Positions 44,475 through 56,758 of a stretch of DNA of 64,000 nucleotides are shown here, piece after piece; position 1 is the stretch's first letter; the number at the start of each line of letters is the position of its first letter. Made by a program: the position numbers and the translations under genes. The stretch is from the NCBI GenBank assembly GCA_965153355.1, contig OZ231126.1:8556001-8620000 (forward strand). Reading direction: 5' to 3'. The DNA is from Flaccisagitta enflata (taxonomy: Eukaryota). The notes below the pieces were generated by a model. The model did not search any database. It saw only the letters and a program-made list of their open reading frames with translations, and was not told the origin of the DNA.

Positions 44475-46084
44475 GATCTTTTCTTAAAAATCATAATGCA
44501 AAAATCATTTGTTGTAGAGCATTTTGCTTGGCGCCAATGAAAGAGAATTATCAAAATTACTCACCCGATCAATTTTGTTTGAGGGCTCCTTTGCTCAATT
44601 GAGATACTCAACTTCTGCATAAGAAAATGAAAAACATATTTCTCTGGAATGAATGTATGTCAAAAAGTCGATGACTGACATCGACTTTTTTCCCGATTAG
44701 TTCGTGGAATCTTTTAGTTTGCTTTTTCTTTTTTTTTCTCTCGTCTTTTCATGTGTTTTTTCTCAACGCCTTTCAGACATTTATTCAACCGGCGCGAACT
44801 TCTCATTTATTACTTGAAACTTTTCTGGTGTTCTTTTGGCTAATCTTGACTTTGAAACTGAGGAGGAAAAGAGGCTCAGGGAGTGAATCTACAAACAGAC
44901 AGTTGCGTTCAAAACAGGCCACTTGGTCGCTCGCTATGTTCGTTCCTGCGCATCGCTTGACGCTCACTCTATTTACTCCCTTCACCACACTTCATAACAA
45001 TATATTCCCTTGGCTCGTTTGCTCCATTCATAGGTGCACCAACTCACTCTGCTCACGCCCTTGTGGGTTGGTCTAGTATGTATTTACGCTGTAAACGCAA
45101 TTAACAAGAATAATCTCGATTGTTGTTATCACTAAAAACACACCATCAGCACCGAAAAATAGGCTCTGCAGCTATCAACTCCATTTCTCACTCTTCTGGG
45201 TTTTCTTCCATCAATTTTCTCCAATTTTTTGCAACTTTTCCCCTATTTTCACTTTTACCCAGTCTGCCTGAATGAATCAATCTATCTATCTATCCAGATA
45301 GTATCTACCTATGTATCTTTTTATCTGCCTGATTGTAAGTTTTGTTCTCTTTATCCCTCTCTGCATTTCCTATCTGACTGTTTCGCATTCCCGTTTATTG
45401 TCTATCGCATATCCATCTTCAATTCCGTCTGTGCCTTATTGTATATTGTATTAACCACAAAAAGTATTGGATAAAGGTTCCATGATTAACAAGTGAATAA
45501 TGCAAACTGGAAGCAGAATTTTCGCAAAAGCGTTAGATGGTCAGTGGTACCCTATCCACCTAACCTAAGTTTATGTGGAGATTAGACGGTGAGATGAGAT
45601 GGCACCAAAGAAACTGATGACTCATACTCAGGCCTCATGCTCAGGCTCATTGGGAAACATGTCATGGCCTGAGTGGTTGACGCAGTAGCCTATTAGCCAA
45701 AATTCGGACCACAAAGTTGAAATTTGGGCCTTGTAGAAAGCCCTGAGGCTGGTATTTGGGCCTAAAAGCTGAGATTTGAGCCTTTAGGCTGAAATTTGGG
45801 CTTTGAGGGTGGGATTTTGGCCTCGATGCTTGGATTTGGTCCCTAAGGCTGTGATGCTGTGATTTGAGCCTCAAGGCTATGATTTAGACATTGGAAAACT
45901 ATGCCAGACAATATCAGCAATTTATGATAGACGTTTGACAATCTTATAGAATGATAGACAGTGTAAGTGTAAGTGTAAGTGACCGACAACGTTAGACAAG
46001 AAGAGAAAGTGATAGACAACGATAGACAATGATGGAAAGTGATAGACAAAGCAAGAAAACAGTAGAGAGTGATAGATGGCAATA

Positions 46085-46685
46085 CAGTGGGGTTGGTGGA
46101 ATAACAGCCTAAACTGGAGGAAGTTATTTAGGTGTCTTAGTTATATTGACAGACTTGATAATTGAAATATTAGTTATTCAATAGATGCCTGTGTCCCTGA
46201 GTTTTTTGGTTGCTATGGAAACCAAAAATATTTTTTTGATCTGTCATAACTGCTAAAATATCAATGTTTTAGCAAATGCGATGAGGGAACATTGCTTGAA
46301 ATCTAATTTACAACAACTTTCTAACAGTATGTTCTGTAAGAATATTCCTTGTTTAGCCGTTGCTAGGGAGCATCATTTACTGGTTACTATGTGTGATGCT
46401 CCCTAGCAACGGCCAAACAAGCAATATTCTTACAGAACATACTGTGGGAAAGTTGTAGCAAATTTAATTCTGAGCAATGTTCCCTGATTATATCTGTTAA
46501 AATATTAACATATTAGCAGTTAAAAATGCTCAAAAAAATAATTTTGGTTTCCATAGCAACCAAAAAACTCAGGGACACAAGCATCGATTGAACAACTTAT
46601 ATTTCGAATATCAAGTTTATCAAATGAAATTAAGACACTTAAATACCTTCCTCCAGTTTAGGCTGTTATTCCATGAACCCCACTG
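46085..46685. mobile_element. Fully palindromic ~600-bp Tc1/mariner-type MITE
   Basis: CAGTGGGGTT..GGAATAACAGCCTAAACTGGAGGAAG / CTTCCTCCAGTTTAGGCTGTTATTCC..AACCCCACTG. Arms extend almost to the centre (~46385); TA flanks. Confidence 0.9.
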
Positions 46686-47083
46686 TACCACAGACAGCAA
46701 ATATTGTCTGGCATTTGGATTGGAAGAATGATGTCTCTGGACTCGGCTCCGGTTGAATTATAAAAGATCCTTTGGGAATAATTAAACCCGCTTAATGCAC
46801 ACATGAAGAAAAGATGGCGCAACAAAGAAAAAAGAAATCCCACATTTTCACGCCTGCGTGCCCGCTTCGTGTGTCTGCCTGTCCATTTATCTTGCAGGCT
46901 ATCTGTCTGCCTTGGGTCTGTCTATCTGTCTTTCTGCCTTTCTGTCTTTCTATCTCTCTGTCTTTCTGTCTGTCTGTCTGTCTGTCTTTCTGCCTGTCTG
47001 TCTGTCTGTCTGCCTGTCTGTTTGTCTGTCTGTCTGTCTTTCTGTCTCTATCTGTCTTACTGTCTGTCCGGTGTCTGTCTTTG

Positions 47084-47151
<68 letters not shown>

Positions 47152-47359
47152 AGTCTGTCTGTCTGTCTGTCTGTCTTTCTCTCTGCCCCAGAGCCCCAAT
47201 TTACTCTCCGTCTGTATTTCTCTTTTTTTCCTTTCTGTATGTCTGTCCATCTGCTCTTTGAACAACGTCTGTCTTACTGTATGTTTTGTCTGTCTGTCAG
47301 TTTGAAGTATTGTCTGTCCGTTCGTCCGCTTTTCTTTTCAATGCCGCTTTGAAGACGAA

Positions 47360-47936
47360 ATGTAACACGAACAGTATCACGATGCACGGGGAGGAAATGC
47401 GCACTTTTACACTCACTTTTCGATTTGATTACCACAGAGTCACAGACCAACCAACCAGCTGACAGTCCGACAGACGAACAAACGGACAATGCCTCATATA
47501 CGGACTCAAGTCCACAACTAAAAAGACTGGATACACGGCTACCCTAATCGCGTGCGGGTGGGCAGGAGCAGTGCTGGAGAAGGTCACCAGGGCATCTGGG
47601 CAGGAGCTGAATGCTTAAGAAGCTCAAAAACGCCGAATCTTCAGTACAAATTTTAAGACTTTTGGACAAAATCTTGGACAGTTTTTCCTCTTTTCATGTT
47701 GTGACGACAATTATTTGATGGGAATTTGAGGCTTGAGAAGCTTGGGGGGGGGGGGACGGACGGACGGACGGACGGACGGACGAACGTACGGACGTATGGA
47801 AATTCACCCCTGTGTCCTACAGGACATCGGCCCTTTGGGGCCGCTGCCCAAAAAGGGAACCAACCGACCAACCAACCGACCGACAAACCGACCGACATAG
47901 TGGGGTGTAGAGTCGCGTAGCACGCGACTAAAAAAG
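47360..47936 (-). mobile_element. Adjacent and nested HINE-like elements: a D fragment, then family A containing a family-B 5' part (~47720-47854)
   Basis: GGATACACGGC..CGCGTGCGGGTGGGCAGG; family-B IR ending GCTGCCCAAAAA; AGAGTCGCGTAGCACGCGACTAAAAAA. Confidence 0.75.
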
Positions 47937-48756
47937 GCAAAACAAAGAAATAAAGAAATCGCGCTTTGTATTGTAAAGCGTTTCCAACTCTCTTTCACGC
48001 ATTCTCCGGTTGTCTCCCTCTCTCTCTCATTTTCTCTCTCTCTCTCTCATTTTCTCTCTCTCTCTTACACTTTCCCCTGTTGCAGGAGTTATGCCTTAGT
48101 TGCCATGGTAAAGAATTCAAAATGCTGCCCTGGGCCTGGAGTTGAACTTTCCCTTTTGTGTTGGCATTCGTGTGTCTGACTTATGTGCACTTGTATGTGA
48201 ATCTCTGAGTGTGACTGTTAATGCACGTACGTGCGTGCGTGGGCGTGCGTGCGTGCGTGTGTGTGTGCGTGTGTGTGTGTGTGTGTGTGTTAGTGTGTGT
48301 GTGTGTGTGTGTGTGCTGAACAAGGTACTTAGATATTTGTCATAACGAAGTGAAATAGCCAATCTATTCAGAAATACAGGCGAACCCGGCTATATCGTAT
48401 GTGAAAGACCCTGTTGGAAAAAAGTTACAATATCTCATTAAGTATTAGTGAGTAGTGACTATTGAGTAAGGATGTGGAAGAGGTCGATTTTAGTGCCGTT
48501 TTCACCGCTTCCGCTTCCGCTTCCTCTTCCATTTTGTAGTACAAATACTAGTGGCTATCCCATCCTCCAAAATATATATTCATATATTCATATATTCATA
48601 TATTCAAGTGCCTTGGTATGGAATGCCGGCGACCCCCTTAAGGTAGTTCTCGATTCTTGCCTACAAGGGCATGTTTTCTCAACAAAGTGTCACACTTGTT
48701 TTTCTTGTAAAACATTGTCACATTGCCAACATATACATTTTTGAAACAACAACAAA

Positions 48757-51470
48757 ATGGATTTGCACAAAAAAATACAAAAATGTGGTTCACGGATTTG
48801 CCGTACTTGCCCATATTTAGAAGAAACTAACTTTTTTCATTCAAGCACCAATGGTAAAAAGTATTTCCCAGGAACTAATGGTGAAAATCTCTTAAATTGT
48901 AAATCGGAAAATATAATTTATCTGATGAGATGTAAATTGTGCGGTTTCCAGTAAATCGGGGAAACCAAAAATCGTTTGAATATAAGATTCAACTCACACA
49001 GAAATAGAATCAAATCAAACAAATCTGGTCAATTAGTTCATAAACATTTTCAAGAGGATCGTCATGGTCTTGCAAACTGCATTATTGTGCCAATTGAGAA
49101 AAATGTTTTAAGCGAGTCTGATGAAAGAATTTTTACCTCAGAAGTAGAAAAAACAAAAGCAATGGATAAAATCAGGTTTGAAAGAGAGAAATTTTGGATT
49201 TCAACACTTCAAACCCTTTGGTCTCAATTGCAGAGTAAAGGGTGTTGGTGATTTTAATCCTTCACAGGGAGTTTTTCAACATTTTGGTGGGAGGAGGAGG
49301 AGGAAAAGAAAACACAAGAAAAGAAAGCCTAAAAGACTCAGAACTAAGCATGATTTTTCCTTAGATTTTGTAATAGATAAACACAGGGAATTAGTCAATA
49401 AACCGGGATATATTCATTTTTTCAAAACCTTTTTATATAGTGTACCAAGGGATGACCTCCAAATTTTACTTCAGGATGTGGAAAACTCTCCCTTTGAAAT
49501 AGATGTCAGACTAAAAGATTTGATTAAAATGATAGCCAACCTTAGATTATTCAGACCTGTGGAAATAATCAAAGGTAATGATAGAGATTTTTATCATCTA
49601 AAATTTAGAGATAAAGGTCTGGATTTCATTAACATAAGCGCTATTCTAAGAAACAAGGATGTTATGAATAAAATACCAATTTATTTCAATGATAAAGAAC
49701 CACCAGTCATTGGATATAAATTTAATAAAAGTATTGCAGGTAAACTTTTTAATTATAAAGAAACTTTATCAGAGGAAGGGATTGACCATTTTGAGAGTAA
49801 TGGATTCATTTGTAATTGCAATAATTCTCCCTTTAAGGATCAAGTTCATGGTCATGTCATAACTGGTAACCTAGATATAGTGAATAATGAGGTTTTGAAA
49901 AGTCTGATAAGGAAAGGACCAAAATACAGGTTACCTCAAAAAATTAACTGGGAACAGGATAGAAATATAGTAAAATCATTTCTGGATGCGTATATTGATA
50001 AGTGGATATCAAAAGAGAAAAAAGTACCAGGAAATAACAATATCAATGGAAGTTGCTTAGATACTTGGAAGAATAAAATATTTGAACTGGTAGACAAGAA
50101 AATAGAGTCTGGTAAGCATAAATTGAAAAGTTGGAATCTTAGAATTGAAGGAGATGTAAAGAGAGAATTGGATAGATTAAAAGAAAATTATGTTATAACA
50201 GTTACTGATAAAGCACAAAATAATATTCTCTTTACATGTAAGTCATACTATGTTTCTAAGATTAAAGATGAGTTGAGTAGGACTGGACAAGTAACTTATG
50301 AACCAGAGAATAAGGATGTGGATACCATTCATAACATTATCATTAACTTTTCCAAGTCTGAAATTATAAAAGTTCCTAATGAAATGAAAGATATCCCACT
50401 TATCTACTGGATTCCTAAAATGCACAAGAACCCAAAAGGCAGTAGATTCATAGCAGGAGCAAAATCTTGTAGCATTAAACTACTATCTGAATATTTTTCA
50501 AAGGCTCTTAAAGTCATTTTAGATCATATGAAAAAATATTCAAACACAGTGTCTCAAAGAGCAGACTTGAATTATTTTTGGATAGTAGAGAATTCTTTGG
50601 AATTTATGGATAAAATCAAAAACATAGATATGCAACATATGGAAACATATGATTTTTCTACTTTATATACAGCACTTCCGCATCCAGAAATTATTAGAAA
50701 CTTTTCTAGAATTTTCCAAAAGGTCTATAGCAGAGAAAATAAAATTTTCATAAATGTTAACATGCAAAGAGCTTATTTTAGTACAACTGCGGGAAAAAAT
50801 TGCTGTTCTGGAATTTATTCTAGATAACATATATGTCAAATATGGAAGGAAAATTTACAAACAGGTTGTAGGCATTCCTATTGGTTTGGACTCTGGTCAA
50901 GACATAGCAAACCTTTTATTATATAGCTATGAGGCAGACTATGTAGAAAAAACTTCAAAGCAAAATATGGTTCTGGCTAGGAAATTTAACTTATGCTCTA
51001 GATACATAGATGACCTTTTTGTAAGCAATTTTCCAGACTTTTAGGAGCATATATATAAAATATACCCAAGAGAACTAGAAATTAAGCCAGAATCTGATAA
51101 TTCAAAGGAGGTTTCTTATCTTGATCTGAGGATTAAATCTGAGAATGGGTTGTTGAATTTTTCTATTTATGACAAGAGGGATGACTTCAATTTTGAAATA
51201 GTAAATTTCCCTTTCATGGATAGCTGTATTCCAAAAAAGTCAGCATTAGGAGTTTTTTATAGTCAAATGATTAGATTTGCAAAAATTAATTCTAGTTATC
51301 ATGGCTTTAAGGATAAGTGTAAAAACTTAACTGAGAGGCTACTGAGGCAAGGTTACAAACTGGCAGATCTAAGAAGGCTTAGTTTACGATTTTTTAAGGA
51401 GAGGGATAATATCTTACTAAAATATAATATAAACAGTGCCAATATTCTAATCAAAGATATATTACCATAA
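48757..51470 (+). mobile_element. Penelope-like retroelement with N-terminal GIY-YIG endonuclease, CxC linker and reverse transcriptase (Naiad-type); disrupted ORF
   Basis: Joined frames give N-terminal CGSRICRTC, GIY-YIG motif NIIYLMRCKLCGFQ*IGETKN..RFNSHR..KHF..REKFWISTLQT..PFGLN, linker FICNCNNSPFKDQVHGHVITGNL and RT motifs YWIPKMHK..SRFI, TYDFSTLYT, GIPIG, RYIDD, SYLDL, YDKRDDFNF. Lesions: TAA 48952-48954, frameshifts near 49215 and 50800, TAG 51042-51044. Confidence 0.93.
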
Positions 51471-51476
51471 TAAGTC

Positions 51477-51560
51477 TTGGAAGATTGTCATCGGTTATTG
51501 TTGAGTGAGTGGGTCAATTGGCTTCTCCTCAATAATTTTCGACTTGTGACAGTCTTTCAA
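51477..51560 (+). other. Long RNA-type hairpin immediately after the PLE stop codon
   Basis: TTGGAAGATTGTCA (51477-51490) pairs over 14 bp with TGACAGTCTTTCAA (51547-51560), including two G·U pairs. Inner stems TTATTG/CAATAA, GAG/CTC and an apical GGTC-AATT-GGCT continue the hairpin. Confidence 0.6.
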
Positions 51561-51603
51561 AGCTAATCTCAACATTAACTAATATTGATTTTAGTATATC
51601 ATA

Positions 51604-51777
51604 CAGTTGAGCTTCACTAGAGCGCATTTCAAGGGACTGAGCAAAACCATGCCTTATAGTGAAGCTGCCTTATTGCCAATAAAGAAATAACTAAAAAATG
51701 TCTCAAGGGACAACAACTTGAATGCTTTATAGGCAAGCATGCCTTATTGGCGGGTGCGCTCTAGTGAAGCTCCACTG
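51604..51777. mobile_element. Tc1/mariner (pogo/Tigger-like) MITE inserted in the PLE 3' region
   Basis: 23-bp TIRs CAGTTGAGCTTCACTAGAGCGCA / TGCGCTCTAGTGAAGCTCCACTG (1 mismatch), TA on both sides. Confidence 0.85.
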
Positions 51778-51782
51778 TATAT

Positions 51783-51887
51783 CCAAAGGAGGCACCTTTT
51801 GGTGGGGCCGCCTGCACCTGAGCATTGGAGTTAAAGGCCCGAAACTCACTCTAGGGTGTAGGTCTCCAACTGATGACCAGAAATTGG
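51783..51887 (+). ncRNA. Putative structured (pseudoknotted, hammerhead-like) RNA motif downstream of the Naiad-type ORF
   Basis: GC-rich island in AT-rich DNA with crossing helices GGGCC/GGCCC, GCCTGCAC/GTGTAGGT and TTGGAG/CTCCAA. Contains CTGAGCA, GAAAC and CTGATGA boxes, but not in a canonical hammerhead arrangement. Confidence 0.35.
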
Positions 51888-52718
51888 ATATGTTAAAATA
51901 TTCTAAGGAGAACTAAATTCTTTTCTAAATATGGCAAAGTACTTTATACCCCCTTAATGGTGACCTATCATCCCATGATATATCTTCTTGAAGATGAATT
52001 CCCATTCCTCCAATCAGTAAGATTTCCCTTTAACACAAAATAGTACAAATTGTCCATATTCCCACCCCAATAGTTTAATTGAGAGGAGGGGTAACAGCTA
52101 GGGAGTCGGATCCCCATAGTTCCTTTTTTTCAATTGGATTTAACCTTTGCTGAATTGACTATCCCTGTCAATGCCAGAAGTCAGCACTAACATCTATCCC
52201 TTAACCAAATAGCTATAATGAAAAATTATAATTGTTTGAGAGATAAGACAAAAGTCTTGTTTTCTGCATAAAAATTACTTATCCAAAGGTTTTGAATTTC
52301 AGTAACCACTAAACTTAGGTCGTACCTAAAATTGGATATGTAAGTATATGAGTGGAAGCATATAGTTACTATACAGAAATGAGTAGCTTTTGAATGTTTT
52401 ATTTTACTTTTATATGTTATGTCTTTTTTAATAACATTTTTCTAAAGTTTTTTGTAAGATACTTTTTGTTGCACATTTCATATGCTCTTTTAATTTGTCA
52501 GCAAATATAAGTGACAGATTCATACACATACATCACGTCAATAGCTAAAATCTACATTGTTTCAAAGAATAAGAGCGAGAGATGGAATAAGAAATAGTTT
52601 TTCACCTCGCTACATAATAGCATGAGGGACTGAAAATTTGGAAATTATGTACCCCCATAAAAAGAAGAGTACTAAAGACTTCTCACAACCGAAAAAAAAA
52701 AATACAATCATTGCTGTT

Positions 52719-54790
52719 TCAAAACCAGATTACAAGCAATGCGAGAAATGATTGGGTTGTGATGACACAAAATAGATGCGTTGAATTTTTTTTTGCATGT
52801 TGGAAGATTTCAACAAGAGATTTGTATCCAAATGACTCTCGCAGACTCCTCACACTCTCCCAACGGTTGTAACCAAACACTAGCCGTAATGCGTCATTTA
52901 TGGCTGTAGTGCAGTCCTGCATTTGGCGTGATGGATAGTCTTTCACAGGACATCCATAGGAGAGAATTGGAATGCAACAAGAGTACAGTAATTGCATCAG
53001 GACCTCCTCACTGGGCTGCTTGACGGCTCTCAATATGGAATTTGAAGCACAATAGAATTTTGAGAGATCATTTGCGTTGGAAAAGGCCAAGCCCTTTTTA
53101 CTTGTAATAGTTGTGCCAAGGTAAACAATGCTGTCTACGTACTCGACTTTTAAGATTATTTAAGTCAATGACAGATTTTGTGAATACAAGAATCTTAGAT
53201 TTACTTGCATTAAATGTGAGACCAAACTCTTTGCAATAATCTGCGCATAACTGAATCATTTTGTTCAGAGCTTGACGAGTTGGGGCTAGTAGACAAAGAT
53301 TGTCTGCAAACAAGATCATTGCCAGAAATATGCCATACATATGACATCCTACTTTGGATTTTCTTAAGATGGCAGCGATGTCGTCTATAAAACATCCAAA
53401 AAAATCGTGGGAGTTTATGCCGCCTTGTTTGATTCCTAATGGAATCCTAAACTCGCGGCTAAATTTGTTTTCCCATTTGACGTTACATGTCATGTTCAGA
53501 TACCAATATATCAAACACAAAAGAATGCAAAGAGGAACACCCCGTGTGATAAGCTTGGAAAACAAGCATAGTGAGATATTTGATCGAAGGCTTTTGTGCA
53601 ATCTAAGAAGGCTACAAATGCATTTGAGCCCTTTTATTGAAATGATTTACAGTTGATTTGAGAGAAAACAATGCGTGATTTGTACTTGTTTTCCTTTTGA
53701 AGCCAAATTGAAGATCATCGGTTTGCAGCAAATGCGAAGTTTTAATTTGAATCGCAAATTCAAAAAGCTTGGCTGGAAGACAGCTTAACATGATACCACG
53801 ATAGTTGGAGGGGTCAGAGAGATCACCCTGTGAATCTTTGACTATCGGCGTAATTGTACCTTTGAGAAAGTCTGTAGGAACGTATCCATGTTGGATAAGC
53901 CTGTTGAATAGTAAGTGGAGATGACATATAAGAGTGGGGCTCCCATACAAAACATACTCAGGTTTACATGTGCCTGATGATGATTTGCCTAATTTGATTT
54001 TGGATACAATTTCTGTCATTTCCGACCAAGAGAGAAGGTATGGCATGATATTATCATTCAGATGTTGTGAGAAATATTCGGAGTACTGTCTCTCAAATTT
54101 TGTCTTCAAGGCAACATGCTCAGGGGTATCATGATTGCTATATACTGATTCAAAATAATAAGCAAAAGTATCAGCAATTTCACCGGCGTCTGTCACACCA
54201 TTGATTCGAGTTGCAGTGCTGTCACGAGAATTGTTTATTGCTTTCCACGTTTTCCAAAAAGAGACCCCATCTTTTTAAATGAGATCGTTGTACATGGCGC
54301 TGTTAAATTCTTTTTCAGCACTTTTCTTTTTTCTACGTAACTCTGTTTTATATCTGTAGTGGCAATGTTTTCTGCACTCAAAAACTGGCCCTGACTTAGG
54401 GCAACCAACGCTCTTCCAATGATCATTGCATTCTATGGAGTTAGATTTTAGCTCAGAAAGTTCATCGTCCCAAAATGATCTTTCGTAATTGGGATTCGTT
54501 TTGGGCAATACGGATTCAGCTCTAACGATTGCTAACATTATGTCTCAGTAATACTTTTCCAGTGCAATCCTATGTGAATCGTCCATGCAGCATTTGTCTC
54601 CATGAAGTATTGTGTAAAATGGCACAGTAATGGAAGATAACTGAGTTTCCATTTCAGTTTGGAATTGAGACTTTTCTGTATCAGACAGCTTCTTCCAATT
54701 CACATATGGTGGTAACCTGGTTTTTTTGCAACATAGTTTAGAGATAGTGACTTCAATATCCAACTGAACTGGACAGTGGTCTGACAGATG
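52719..54790 (-). mobile_element. 5'-truncated, decayed non-LTR retrotransposon (APE C-terminus plus RT); clade not determined
   Basis: Minus-strand frames give APE end HLSDHCPVQLDIE, then FWDDELSELK, ITPIVKD..DPSNYRGI, LQFGFK..ST.HA, FLDCTKAFDQISH, GIKQGGINS, ILFADNLCLLAP, FNASKSK, YSCCIPILSYG. Many frameshifts and stops. Confidence 0.92.
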
Positions 54791-54802
54791 AAAAAAATGG
54801 AA

Positions 54803-54993
54803 AACAAGGCCAGATACACGGCTATCAGTTGCGGATGGGTGGGCAGGGGCGGAAAATCAACTGTCCGCAACTAAAAATGTTCTATAACGCTTGTTTTCCC
54901 ACTTTTTGACTCGTGTCCACGGACCGACCAACCGACCAACCGACCGACGGACGGACAAAGCCTCTTATAGAGTTGCGTGTCCGCAACTAAAAA
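54803..54993 (-). mobile_element. Family-D HINE-like element next to the 5' truncation point of the LINE
   Basis: AACAAGGCCAGATACACGGC..AGTTGCGGA, (GACC)n, AGAGTTGCGTGTCCGCAACTAAAAA. Confidence 0.85.
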
Positions 54994-55710
54994 TGGAAGC
55001 GGTCAATCGCTTCCACATCTCTACTATTGAGCTATCCTTTGAAGCAGCATTTATGATTTTTAGCATTGTAATTTTGTGCGTTTTCATTTATTCATTCATC
55101 CATTCATCCAATCATTCATTCATTCATTCATTCATTCATTCATTCATTCATTCATTCATTCATTCATTCATTCATTTATTGATTCATTCATTAATTCATC
55201 CATTCATTCATTCATTCATTCATTCATTCATTCATTCATTCATTCATTCATTCATTCATTCATTCATTCATTCATCCATTCAAGGGACAAACAAATCTCA
55301 TCATTTTTCATTGTTGCTAAAAAAGGAAATAAAAAGAAATGACTTGAAGGGACCGAGATTTTAAATGCATTATTGGCGGATTTTCATTATTCTTGGGTCC
55401 GCAATAGTGGAGTGTAACTGTATATTGTATAAGATGAGTGGAGATGGATGGTGTGTACGCAGAGACAAAGATGACGATTCTTGGTCCGTCGCTGAGCCGG
55501 AAATGATGAGGAAGAGGAAGAGGAAGAGGAAGAGGAAGAGGAAGAGGAAATGAAGAGGAAAGAATTGAAATCGTAATTTATCTTCGCCGTAAAAACTAAA
55601 ATCCGCCGATTCGCCGCTTCGCCGCTTCGCCGTTTCCCCGATTCGCCGCTTCGCCGTTTCCCCGATTCGCCGACTCGACGCTACGCCGTCCGATCCATGG
55701 TTGATGCCGT

Positions 55711-56535
55711 TAGTGTCAGTTTTGGTGTCAGTGTCACTTTTGGTGGCAGTGTCAGTGTTGGTATCAGTGTCAGTTTTGGTGTCAGTGTCACTTTTGGTGG
55801 CAGTGTCAGTGTTGGTATCAGTGTCAGTTTTGGTGTCAGTGTCAGTTTTGGTGTCAGTGTCAGTTTTGGTATCAGTGTCAATTTTGGTGTTAACCATGCC
55901 AAAAAAAAAAAAAAACCGCGCTGCAATTTGATGACCCTTGGCTCTTTATAAAGAGGCTAAACTAGACAAAATCTATGAGCATCTTAAAGAGCTCCAAAAA
56001 ATCTATCATTTGAGTGGTATCACAAAGTTTTAGCTCAAAAGCTTTTTAAGTTACAACAATTTCAAGTTAAGATGTCAATATCCCAATTCCCGGGAAATTG
56101 AGTCAAATCTTTTCATTTTTTCCTTCGTACCTCGATTAAAATTCACCTGAATGAAAAAAAAAATTCATGATAGACAAAAAATTTGGAAAATTCTCTTCGA
56201 AATGATGTCAAGCGGAAATTGGTGGCTTGATTTATTTAGAAATTTTGATTAAATGAAAACAAAGGAACATTTCATGGAAAGGAACAAAAATTTAGCTTTA
56301 AACCTTTGTAAATTTTAATGTTCTTAAGCTTGAATTTTCTGGCACTACTCGAATGATAGATTTTTTGAAGCTCTTTAAAATAGTCATGGATTTTTTGTGG
56401 TTTTGCCCCTAACTAATAGGCCAAGTACATCAAAACGTGGTGCGGTTTTTTTTTGGGGGAGCATGGTTAGTGTCAGTTTTGGTGTCAGTGTCAATTTTCC
56501 TGTCAGTTTTAGTTCTGGTGTCAGTGTCAGTTTTG
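55711..56535. repeat. 18-bp satellite (GTCAGTGTCAGTTTTGGT)n interrupted by a TIR element
   Basis: Array at 55711-55890 resumes at 56467. Confidence 0.85.
55894..56466. mobile_element. piggyBac-like MITE
   Basis: TTAA|CCATGCC(A)nCCGCGCTGCAATTTGATG ... CATCAAAACGTGGTGCGG(T)n..GCATGG|TTAG. Confidence 0.6.
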
Positions 56536-56583
56536 TTGTTTACCATGCCAAAATAAAAAAACGCACTGCAATTTTGTTGTTGC

Positions 56584-56758
<175 letters not shown>

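Noticed and set aside
48952-51044. Selenoprotein-type recoding of the Naiad ORF, as reported for some Naiads
   Set aside because: The in-frame stops are TAA (at the Tyr of YIG) and TAG, not TGA at Cys positions. Frameshifts are also present and no clear SECIS is visible, so ordinary decay is the simpler explanation.
51870-51900. Canonical hammerhead starting at CTGATGA..GAAA
   Set aside because: Only 3 nt (CCA) separate the boxes, and there is no stem II or valid stem III/NUH. Kept only as part of the non-canonical candidate.
55370-55897. (TDTKTD)n ORF resembling an antifreeze or mucin repeat; also the 12-aa repeat ORF at 8598-8918
   Set aside because: These are 18-bp and 36-bp satellites. 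The first is interrupted by a MITE, and neither has splice signals or unique coding flanks.
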